Of a stretch of DNA of 64,000 bases, positions 29,153 to 37,434 are shown piece by piece. The notes under the pieces are model-generated. The model was given only the letters and a program-made list of their open reading frames with translations, ran no database searches and had not been told where the DNA came from. The DNA is from an uncultured delta proteobacterium. Lineage in GTDB: Bacteria; Desulfobacterota; Syntrophia; Syntrophales; Smithellaceae. The DNA is taken from positions 155,199 to 219,198 of the forward strand of contig CAWKNI010000008.1 in NCBI GenBank assembly GCA_963851005.1. Reading direction: 5' to 3'. The position numbers and the translations under genes were made by a program. How positions within the stretch are numbered: the first letter of the stretch is position 1; every line of letters begins with the position of its first letter.

Positions 29153-29593
29153 TTAACCAATCTTCTTAATCATCTTGTTGGCCGGTCCCAGTGCCTTTAT
29201 TTTCTCTGTAGCGCCTTTGATGACCTGTGCCCATCTGTCGCCTTCGGACGCGGAAACCCATGTAAATATGGTTCTGTCGCCTTCCACACCAATGTAGTTC
29301 AGGAAACTTTTTAACGTCGCAAACTTGCGCCGTGCCACGAGATTTCCTGAGATATAGTGGCATTCACCCGGGTGTCAACCCGAAACCAGAACGCCATCGG
29401 CTCCGGTCTGCAGGGCTTTCACTATATAAAAAGGATTTATTCTTCCCGTGCAGGGAACGCGGATGATGCGGACATTTGTCGGATACTGAATTCTGCTGAT
29501 ACCCGCCAGATCGGCTCCTGCGTAAGTACACCAGTTGCAGACAATGGCAACGAATTTCGGTACCCATTCTTTGTTTGCTAATTTTTCAGCCAT
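29153..29593 (-). CDS. mvhD: MvhD/FlxD-like protein with in-frame TGA (candidate selenocysteine at residue 73)
   Basis: Track ORFs 29375-29593 and 29153-29338 are in the same frame. Reading through TGA 29375-29377 gives [17 protein letters not shown], collinear with [17 protein letters not shown] of paralog 16599-17042. Confidence 0.75.
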
Positions 29594-29637
29594 ATATTCT
29601 CCTTACAGCGGTAATGCGGCTTTATCAGCCGTTTACC

Positions 29638-32600
29638 TTAGTTTAAATTAAATATCTGTGCCAGCACTTCTTCGTTATTGAATCCGTTGAGATCAACGGC
29701 GTTCATACGGCAGGACGCCGTGCATACGCCGCAACCCTTGCATAAAACTGTATTAACTTCAGCGCAGCCTTCCGCAACATTGACCTGAATTGCACTGTAG
29801 GGACAATTGATTTCGCAAAGACCGCAGGCCGCACATCTATCCTTATTGACATAAGCTGTTTTGCCTTCCGCCTCGATGAAATCAAGACACAGAACCATGA
29901 CGGCACGTGAAACGGCGGCGTTAGCCTGAGTTATTGATTCGTCACTGAACTTGGGCGAATGCGACATGCCGCACATAAAGACACCATCGGTCTGGAAATC
30001 AACCGGGCGCAGTTTAACGTGCGCTTCAAGGAAGAAGCCGTCCTGATTGGTAGGTACTTTCAGCATCTGGCCGATGGCTGCGTTTTCCGGATTCGGCACA
30101 ACACCAATGCTCAGAGCCACTATATCAGCAGGAAGATTTACCTTCTCATTCAGAATCGGGTCAAACACTTTGACTTCCACCTTATCTCCGGCTGCAACAA
30201 CTTCCGGTTTACGATCTTCTTCATAAGAGATAAATTTGATATTCATTTCACGCGCTTTCTTATAATAATCTTCTTTGAAAGCAAATGTCCGGATATCGCG
30301 ATAAAGGATGGTTATGTCGCGGGACGGATCGGCGGCCTTGAGTTCCAGAGCATTCTTAACCGCTTCGGAGCAGCAGTAACGGCTGCAGTAAGGCCTTTCT
30401 TTGTCGCGGCTGCCCACACACTGAATCATGACTACGTTTTTCACAGAAGCCAGTTTGGGATCTTTTTCGTAAATCAGAGTTTCAAGTTCTCTTTGTGTCT
30501 TCACACTGGCGTTTTGACCGTAGAGATATTCTTTGGGCTTGTTTTCAGAAGCGCCGGTAGCCACAATCACTATACCGTGTTCAAATACTTTCTCGCCATC
30601 CTTGACCTTGACTGTAGTCTTGTAATTTCCGATGAAACCTTCGATCTTATCGATCTTGGCGCCGGTGGCAACCGTAATCAAAGGATTTTTGTAAACTTTT
30701 TCCAGGAGGCCTTTTAAATGAGCTTGCGCATCAAGACCTTCGAGTGTTTTATAGAGATGATTGTAATTGCCGCCGAGACGGTCTTCTTTTTCCACGATGA
30801 ATGAAGCAAAACCCTGATCGGCCAGCGACAGAGCCGCGGTTATGCCTGCCAGTCCGCCGCCGATAATCAAAGCCTGATGATTGACGGAAAGCTGACCCGG
30901 TTTCAAAGGTTTCAAATATTGAGCTTTGGCTACAGCCATGCGCAGCAAATCTTTCGCTTTTTCGGTGGCTGCTTCCGGTTCGTGCATATGTACCCAGGAG
31001 TTCTGGTCGCGAATGTTGGCCATCTCGAACAGATATCTGTTCAAACCGGCCTTTTCGCAGTTTTCCTGGAACAGGCCTTCATGCGTGCGGGGCGAGCAGG
31101 ATGCCACAACAACTCTCGTGAGATCTTTTTCCTTGATAACTTCGGCCATCTTCACCGCCGTATCCTGCGAGCAGGTAAAGAGGTTATCCGCCGTATAAAC
31201 AACAGTGGGCAGTGTCGCGGCATAATCACGGACTGCCGGAACGTCAACAACACCGCCGATATTGATACCGCAGTGGCAGACAAACACACCGGTGCGCACG
31301 CCCGTGCCGCGCATATCTTTTTCTTCCGGATTATCCACCGGAGTAATCATCGTTCCGCGTCTTGAGGCCAGTAACCCTTCCGCGCAGGCGGCCGCGGCGC
31401 TTGCTTCCATAACTGTTTCGGGAATATCTTTCGGTCCGCCGAAAGCTCCGCAGACAAACACGCCGGGGCGCGAGGTCTGAACCGGATTTTCCAGTTTTGT
31501 TTTGCAGAAACCATGATCTTCAAGCTCAACACCAAGACTGGACGCCAGCTTTTTGGCTTCCTTGGGCGGCATCAAACCGACAGAAAGAACCACCATGTCG
31601 AATTCTTCATCCGTGAAGGTTCCATCCTGATTAACATATTTAATCAGCAGATTATTGGTCTGCTGCATTTCTTTAATGACTGAAGGCATTGAACGGATAT
31701 AACGAATGCCGTATTCTTCCTTGGCGCGGTTGACGAACCTGTCGAAATCCTTGCCGTGAGCGCGAATATCCATATAGAAAATTGTCGGCTCCAGACCCTT
31801 GGCGTGCTCCTTCCCGATAATTGCTTCTTTGGTTGCGTACATGCAGCAAACCGAAGAGCACCAGCTGTTGTCGCAGGAAGTGTCGCGCGAACCTACGCAT
31901 TGAATAAAGGCGACTTTCTTCGGCTCCTTGCCGTCGGATATTCTCTGAACATGGCCGAAGAAAGGACCGGATGCAGAAAGGATTCTTTCAAACTGAATCG
32001 CCGAAACCACGTTCTTGTATATGCCGTAACCGAATTCGCCGCGCAGACGCGCGTCAAATATTTCAAAACCGGGCGAAGCGATGACCGCGCCGACTTCGAT
32101 GGTTTCTTCTTCGATCGTCATATCATGGTCAATTGCCTTGGCAATACAGGCATCAACGCACTGATAACATTCGGAACAGATACCACAATTTAAACAGCGC
32201 AGCGCTTCCGCTTTGGCCTGCGCTTCATCAAAACCCAAGCCCACTTCCTTGAAGTTGGTGCGACGTTCTTCCGGCTTCATGAAGGGATATTTTTCACGCG
32301 CGACCTTAGCAACATTGGAAACATCACCCTTATCCGCCAGGTCTTTGGTCCAGTCTTTTTCGCGACCCGCCTTGATGTCTTCGCCCATGAGATAACGGTT
32401 GATGGACTTGGCCGCTTCCTTGCCGGCGAAAACAGCTTTGACGACCGTCTGGGGACCGGTAGCTACGTCACCACCGGTGAATATGCCGGCGACATTCGTC
32501 GCGTAAGTGACCTTATCGAAATCCACATTATTCCATTTATTGATGGATACGCCGCTTTCTTTGGTAATGAAAGATAAATCGGCTTCCTGACCGATGGCGG

Positions 32601-34065
32601 GAACGATAGAATCGCATTCAACTATAAATTCAGAACCCTTAATTTCGATGGGCCGGCGGCGTCCGCTCGCGTCCGGCTCGCCCAGTTCCATGCGTGTGCA
32701 CTCGATGCCGGTAACTTTTCCGTCCTTGCCCACGACGCGTTTCGGGGCAACGAGGAATTTCATTTCGATTCCTTCTTCAATGGCCTCTTCGATTTCTTCG
32801 GGTGCTGCGGGCATTTCCGCGCGGGTCCGGCGATAGAGAATAAAAACTTCCCTCGAACCGGTTCGGACAGCCGTGCGCACAGCGTCCATAGCCACATTGC
32901 CGCCGCCGACAACAGCAACCTTGTCGCCCAGGGAAACTTTCTTGCCCAGATTGATCTGCATCAGATAATCGACACCGTGAATCACGCCCTGCATATCCTC
33001 ACCGGGAATGTTGAGCTTGCTGCTCTTCATCGTGCCGCAGCCGATGAAAATCGCACTGTAATCTTTCTTAAGCTGATCAAAGGAAATATCTTTGCCGATT
33101 TTTGTATTGAGATGAATCTTCACGCCCAGGTCTTCCATGACCTTGATTTCCGCATTGAGGACTTTTTTGGGAAGACGGTATTCGGGAATGCCAACAGCCA
33201 TCCAGCCGCCGGCCACAGGCAGCGCTTCAAAAACTTCCACTTCATAGCCTTCGATGGCCAGATAATAAGCGCAGGTTAGTCCGGAAGGACCGGCGCCGAC
33301 AACGGCGACTTTCTTGCCCTTGCTTTCCTTCTTTTCAGGCAGATAACGGGTATCGCTGTTTAAATCCAGATCAGCGACAAACTGCTTCAGATGCATAATA
33401 TCGATGGGATCATCAACCTTGCCCCGCATACAGGCCGTCTCGCAGGGATGGTTGCAAACGCGTCCGCAGACGATGGGGAAAGGGTTATCCTGTTTGATGA
33501 GTTTGAGAGCTTCTTTGAATTTGCCCTGGCCGATCAACGCCACGTAGCCTTGAACGCTGATGTGAGTCGGACAATTGGCTTTACAGGGAGACGTCCCCAG
33601 TTTATCGATAGCAAAGCCGCTGGGAATGGCTTGTGGAAAGTGCCGGTAGATCGCTTTTCTTTCACTTAAATTTCCGTTGAAACCGGCCGGAACGGAAACC
33701 GGACAGACATTGGCGCAATCACCGCAGCCGGTGCATTTGTTCAGATTGACAAATCGCGGAGCGTTTGTTAATTTAACTTTGAATTTTCCAGGCTCACCTT
33801 CGACCGACTCGACAGTCCGCCGGGTTTTTATTTCCACGTTAGGATGACGCCCTACTTCAACCAGTTTTGGCGACAAGATACAGGCGGAACAGTCATTCGT
33901 GGGAAAAGTCTTGTCCAGTTGCGCCATGACGCCGCCGATACTGATCCCGTTTTCGACCAAATATACTTTCATTCCGGAATTGGCTAAATCGAGAGACGCC
34001 TGAATGCCGGCGATTCCCGCGCCAACTACCATTACCGCACCAACTTTTTCGTTATCTTTTAGCAC
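29638..34065 (-). CDS. Giant HdrA-like fusion (HdrL-type): HdrA module with inserted GltD/NfnB-like NAD(P)H module, followed by a second complete HdrA module
   Basis: 1475 aa. Module 1 has VVGAGIAGIQASLDLA..CSACILSPK. The insert has GRVCNHPCETACMRG and VVGAGPSGLTCAYYLA..GIPEYRLP. Module 1 then resumes with CVGSRD..CSSVCCMY. Module 2 has GVFVCHCGINI..IIGGGLAGITAALSLA..CVGSRD..CSRYCC..2x[4Fe-4S]. Confidence 0.85.
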   Translation of the reverse strand: MLKDNEKVGAVMVVGAGIAGIQASLDLANSGMKVYLVENGISIGGVMAQLDKTFPTNDCSACILSPKLVEVGRHPNVEIKTRRTVESVEGEPGKFKVKLTNAPRFVNLNKCTGCGDCANVCPVSVPAGFNGNLSERKAIYRHFPQAIPSGFAIDKLGTSPCKANCPTHISVQGYVALIGQGKFKEALKLIKQDNPFPIVCGRVCNHPCETACMRGKVDDPIDIMHLKQFVADLDLNSDTRYLPEKKESKGKKVAVVGAGPSGLTCAYYLAIEGYEVEVFEALPVAGGWMAVGIPEYRLPKKVLNAEIKVMEDLGVKIHLNTKIGKDISFDQLKKDYSAIFIGCGTMKSSKLNIPGEDMQGVIHGVDYLMQINLGKKVSLGDKVAVVGGGNVAMDAVRTAVRTGSREVFILYRRTRAEMPAAPEEIEEAIEEGIEMKFLVAPKRVVGKDGKVTGIECTRMELGEPDASGRRRPIEIKGSEFIVECDSIVPAIGQEADLSFITKESGVSINKWNNVDFDKVTYATNVAGIFTGGDVATGPQTVVKAVFAGKEAAKSINRYLMGEDIKAGREKDWTKDLADKGDVSNVAKVAREKYPFMKPEERRTNFKEVGLGFDEAQAKAEALRCLNCGICSECYQCVDACIAKAIDHDMTIEEETIEVGAVIASPGFEIFDARLRGEFGYGIYKNVVSAIQFERILSASGPFFGHVQRISDGKEPKKVAFIQCVGSRDTSCDNSWCSSVCCMYATKEAIIGKEHAKGLEPTIFYMDIRAHGKDFDRFVNRAKEEYGIRYIRSMPSVIKEMQQTNNLLIKYVNQDGTFTDEEFDMVVLSVGLMPPKEAKKLASSLGVELEDHGFCKTKLENPVQTSRPGVFVCGAFGGPKDIPETVMEASAAAACAEGLLASRRGTMITPVDNPEEKDMRGTGVRTGVFVCHCGINIGGVVDVPAVRDYAATLPTVVYTADNLFTCSQDTAVKMAEVIKEKDLTRVVVASCSPRTHEGLFQENCEKAGLNRYLFEMANIRDQNSWVHMHEPEAATEKAKDLLRMAVAKAQYLKPLKPGQLSVNHQALIIGGGLAGITAALSLADQGFASFIVEKEDRLGGNYNHLYKTLEGLDAQAHLKGLLEKVYKNPLITVATGAKIDKIEGFIGNYKTTVKVKDGEKVFEHGIVIVATGASENKPKEYLYGQNASVKTQRELETLIYEKDPKLASVKNVVMIQCVGSRDKERPYCSRYCCSEAVKNALELKAADPSRDITILYRDIRTFAFKEDYYKKAREMNIKFISYEEDRKPEVVAAGDKVEVKVFDPILNEKVNLPADIVALSIGVVPNPENAAIGQMLKVPTNQDGFFLEAHVKLRPVDFQTDGVFMCGMSHSPKFSDESITQANAAVSRAVMVLCLDFIEAEGKTAYVNKDRCAACGLCEINCPYSAIQVNVAEGCAEVNTVLCKGCGVCTASCRMNAVDLNGFNNEEVLAQIFNLN

Positions 34066-34318
34066 CTGATTACACCTCGCTATTCTATGTAAAAAAAACC
34101 TGAAAAATACTATCTAAACAAGCACGGTTCGGCTAACATAAAATACCTTCCCTGTCAAGAGCACAAGCTTAATTTATTTAATTTTTTTCGCTAAATATTT
34201 GATATGACAAGACTAAAAAATGACTGACGTTCAGTGACCGGTATACATAATGGTTTTTGAATAATTTAAGCCGTTAGTACTTTGTTTACATACTAATATT
34301 AAATAAAAAATTCTATGA

Positions 34319-34918
34319 CTATTGAGTAGGAAGTGAACTTAAATGTTTTCCTAAAAACTGCCAGATATCATCCTTGCCCTTATGCGTTATTGCTGAAAAA
34401 AGGATAGGCTTTTTGTCAGTCGATACGTCGAGAGTTTTTTCAATCGCGCGTTTACGGGCAATAGCCTGATTGTTGGATAATTTATCAGCCTTGGTCAAAA
34501 TGTACAGATAAGGTATGCGGTAATGCGCAAGCCAGTCACGCAAAGACAAATCATCTTCACTGGGATCGCGCCGGATATCCAGAATTAAAACTACCAGACA
34601 AAGACTTTGCCTCTCCCGCAAATAGGCTTCAATCATATCACCCCAGTCTTTTTTCACCGACTGGGAAACTTTGGCGAAACCATAGCCGGGAAGATCAACA
34701 AAAGATATTTTTTCGTTAATCGTAAAAAAATTAATCAACTGCGTCCGGCCGGGAGTATTGCTCGTCTTCGCCAGATTCTTACGCCCGACAAGCGTGTTGA
34801 TCAAAGATGACTTGCCGACGTTGGAACGCCCAACAAAAGCGATCTCCGGCAATATCGCCGGCGGATACTGAGGCGGCCAAACGGCGCTTTTTACAAATTT
34901 CGCACTGGTAATTTTCAT
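34319..34918 (-). CDS. engB: Ribosome-biogenesis GTPase EngB/YsxC/YihA
   Basis: 199 aa; GRSNVGKSSLIN (G1), DLPGYG (G3), TKADK (G4). Confidence 0.9.
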   Translation of the reverse strand: MKITSAKFVKSAVWPPQYPPAILPEIAFVGRSNVGKSSLINTLVGRKNLAKTSNTPGRTQLINFFTINEKISFVDLPGYGFAKVSQSVKKDWGDMIEAYLRERQSLCLVVLILDIRRDPSEDDLSLRDWLAHYRIPYLYILTKADKLSNNQAIARKRAIEKTLDVSTDKKPILFSAITHKGKDDIWQFLGKHLSSLPTQ

Positions 34919-34946
34919 GTTTAGAAATAATCCTTGATTATGCTTT

Positions 34947-35072
34947 ATACCATTTCTAAATCAAAGATGATATTGAGGCGGCTAGGCGAAGGCGACGAGA
35001 CGTATTATACATACGTTGAGGAAGCCGACAACGACGCCAACAAAAATAGCGCTTTGATTTAGAATTGGTATT
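34947..35072. repeat. A-type long-hairpin repeat, copy A3
   Basis: Full unit ataccatttctaaatcaaag...ctttgatttagaattggtat; abuts the toxin gene stop. Confidence 0.9.
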
Positions 35073-35343
35073 AATAGGCATCTTTCCTCTTCACTATATC
35101 CATGATGAAAATCAATATTTGTTTTTCATCAATCTGATAAAACAAACGATATTCACCGATCCGATACCGGTATACATCTTTAAATTCACCTTTGAGTTTT
35201 TTGATATTCTTGCCAAAGAAAGGACTGATTCTTAGTTGAGGATAAACGTATGTCTTTATTTTATTATATATCTTACTGAATTCTTTTTTAGAAATGGAAC
35301 GCTGAAATGTTTCGGTCTCCGCAATTTCAAATCTATTTGACAA
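35071..35343 (-). CDS. RelE/ParE-family type II toxin
   Basis: 90 aa; ...KLKGEFKDVYRYRIGEYRLFYQIDE.QILIF..V.KRKDAY pattern; 11-nt overlap with the upstream antitoxin. Confidence 0.8.
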   Translation of the reverse strand: MSNRFEIAETETFQRSISKKEFSKIYNKIKTYVYPQLRISPFFGKNIKKLKGEFKDVYRYRIGEYRLFYQIDEKQILIFIMDIVKRKDAY

Positions 35344-35575
35344 TTCTATATTTCCCCTTCTTAATATCTTCCTTTGCTTTTCTTAATGATGAAACCAGTT
35401 CTTTGCTCCTCAATATTTCGGTCATTTCATGATCATCAACAAAAGCTTCTTCTGTCACATGAGAAAGTGTGGCATATTCGATAAAGTTTGATATTGTCCG
35501 CCTCTGCGCCTGGGCAGCCGTTCTGAAGATATCATAGGTATCGTCATCTATTCGCAATGTTATTGTTTTACCCAT
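35333..35575 (-). CDS. RHH/CopG-like type II antitoxin
   Basis: 80 aa; N-terminal beta-strand KTITLRIDDDTYD followed by helices, positioned as antitoxin. Confidence 0.7.
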   Translation of the reverse strand: MGKTITLRIDDDTYDIFRTAAQAQRRTISNFIEYATLSHVTEEAFVDDHEMTEILRSKELVSSLRKAKEDIKKGKYRIVK

Positions 35576-35826
35576 AATGCAACCTCTTCATTTTTATTCA
35601 ATTATAAACTATTTGCCGCATTCCATCAAGCATCTTCTTCATAACTTTCTCTTCAGCGTTTTGAGGTCAACTGTTTCTCATTGAGAAATAGAATTTAAAT
35701 GAGCATTACCGCGTAAATGAAGTCAGGTCTTGAAATATCAATAATTGTATTTTTTCTGGATTCCCTTGTCTCATTTCATTCGCAAGGGAATGACAACGTT
35801 TAGGGGCTGTTCATAATATCCATTAC

Positions 35827-35935
35827 TATACCATTTCGATTTCAAAGGGTAACGAGGAAGGAGGAGGCTCCGCAGGCGTATATAATAATACGTTGAGGAA
35901 GCCGACGACGCTGCTAACAAAGTTAGCCAAAGACC
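35827..35935. repeat. B-type repeat, copy B2 (3' arm replaced by another module)
   Basis: taccatttcgatttcaaaggg...ggctccgcaggcgtatataataatacgttgaggaagccgacgacgctgctaacaaagttagcc, then ggaagcgcatcccgcaggggagcgca (also at 40753-40780). Confidence 0.8.
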
Positions 35936-35986
35936 GGAAGCGCATCCCGCAGGGGAGCGCATAATAAATCAAATTCTACCTTACCG

Positions 35987-36015
35987 GTAATTACCACCTG
36001 CAAGGTGGTAATTAC
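35987..36015 (-). terminator. Hairpin downstream of the sigma-54 regulator gene
   Basis: 12-bp stem gtaattaccacc / ggtggtaattac with 5-nt loop, 22 nt past the stop at 36038; weak U-tract. Confidence 0.45.
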
Positions 36016-36037
36016 AAGCGGAATGGAATCGGAAGCC

Positions 36038-37420
36038 CTACTCCCGCTCAAAGGTAATGCCGTATTTTTCGAGCTTCCTCTCCAAAGTCGGACGGGAGAC
36101 TCCCAATATATCGCAAATCTCCCCTTTGTTTTTATCCGTCTCTTTGATGACTTTTCTGATGTAGCGCTCTTCCACTTCATCGAGGGTCAGAAATTTGCCC
36201 GGTTCCGACGGTTTGAAAAAACCGACTGACGCATCGTCAGATATTTTAGAAGCCTCTTCCTTGCCTAGTTCGGGGAAATCACTGACTCCCAGAACCTGCC
36301 CTTTGGCCACAACACAGGCGCGCACGAGCAGATTTTCCAGTTCCCGGACATTGCCCGGCCAGTTGTAGTTCATGAATATTTCCATCATCTCTTCGGAAAC
36401 ACCGATGATTTTTTTGTGCAGATCCAAATTAATTTTGGCAAGCAAATAATCTATCAACTGCGGTATATCCTGATGGCGCGCACGCAGCGGCGGTAAGTTA
36501 ATGGCTACGATATTCAGACGGTAATATAAATCGTCGCGGAATTTTCCTTCATTAACCAAAGTCTTTAAATCTTTGTTTGTCGCGGCCATAATCCGGGCGT
36601 TAACCTTGACCTTGTCTTTCCCTCCCACTCTGTCGAATTCCATTTCCTGCAAAACACGCAGAAGTTTGGCCTGAAGATTGACGGACATTTCGCTTATTTC
36701 ATCAAGGAAAACAGAACCGAATCGCGCCAGTTCAAACTTGCCGAGTTTTCTAGCGATAGCGCCGGTGAAAGAACCCTTTTCATGGCCGAACAATTCCGAC
36801 TCCAGCAGGGTTTCGACAATGGCGGAACAGTTCACGGCAATAAAAGGTTCGTCCGGCGAAGTATTATTGTGAATTACTTTGGCGATTAATTCTTTTCCGG
36901 TGCCGCTCTCTCCCTGAATCAGCACGGTGGTGCGGCTCTGAGAAACAGTGCCGATGGTTTTGAAAATTTCCCGCATTTCATTGCCGGCGCCGATGATATC
37001 GCCGACACGGAAATTTCTTGACGGTTCCATTAAGAGTCCATCAATCCTTTTTTCCATTTCTATTGATTTCAGGGCTTTCTTAATCGCCAGATCCAGTTCA
37101 TCAACATTGACCGGTTTATGAATATAATCAAAAGCGCCGCTCTTCATTGCGTTAATGGTTGTTTCCATGTCATGAAAAGCGGTAATCATGATGACTTTGA
37201 CATTTTCATTTTCTTCCTTGAGATCTTCCAGAACGATAAATCCGCTGATATCCGGCAGGCGGATATCCAAAATGACGACATCGGATTGTTCCTGCACATA
37301 CTTATTCAAACCTTCCGTGCCGGTCAGCGCGGTGCGAACTTTATAACCTTCCTCAGTCAGATACAGATCCAGTGTCTCCGCAATCGAAGCATCATCATCA
37401 ATAACAAGAATACTCGGCAT
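36038..37420 (-). CDS. Sigma-54-dependent response regulator (NtrC family: REC + AAA+ + Fis HTH)
   Basis: 460 aa; ILVIDDD..D..LPD REC, GESGTGKE Walker A, GSFTGA (GAFTGA variant), C-terminal ICDILGVSRPTLERKL. Confidence 0.9.
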   Translation of the reverse strand: MPSILVIDDDASIAETLDLYLTEEGYKVRTALTGTEGLNKYVQEQSDVVILDIRLPDISGFIVLEDLKEENENVKVIMITAFHDMETTINAMKSGAFDYIHKPVNVDELDLAIKKALKSIEMEKRIDGLLMEPSRNFRVGDIIGAGNEMREIFKTIGTVSQSRTTVLIQGESGTGKELIAKVIHNNTSPDEPFIAVNCSAIVETLLESELFGHEKGSFTGAIARKLGKFELARFGSVFLDEISEMSVNLQAKLLRVLQEMEFDRVGGKDKVKVNARIMAATNKDLKTLVNEGKFRDDLYYRLNIVAINLPPLRARHQDIPQLIDYLLAKINLDLHKKIIGVSEEMMEIFMNYNWPGNVRELENLLVRACVVAKGQVLGVSDFPELGKEEASKISDDASVGFFKPSEPGKFLTLDEVEERYIRKVIKETDKNKGEICDILGVSRPTLERKLEKYGITFERE

Positions 37421-37434
37421 AATATTATATTACC

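Noticed and set aside
29153-29593. Reading the two short ORFs as a broken (pseudogenised) mvhD or as two separate genes
   Set aside because: Both parts share one frame. The only interruption is a TGA that aligns with the conserved Cys of the [10 protein letters not shown] motif in the paralog, and the downstream part has no plausible independent start other than an internal GTG.
11587-34000. Numerous antisense or out-of-frame track ORFs inside aor, hdrA, hdrL, the flx genes, yidC, mnmE, fhs and the kinase gene
   Set aside because: Each is fully nested in a long ORF with strong family signatures on the other strand or frame, and none has a recognisable motif of its own.
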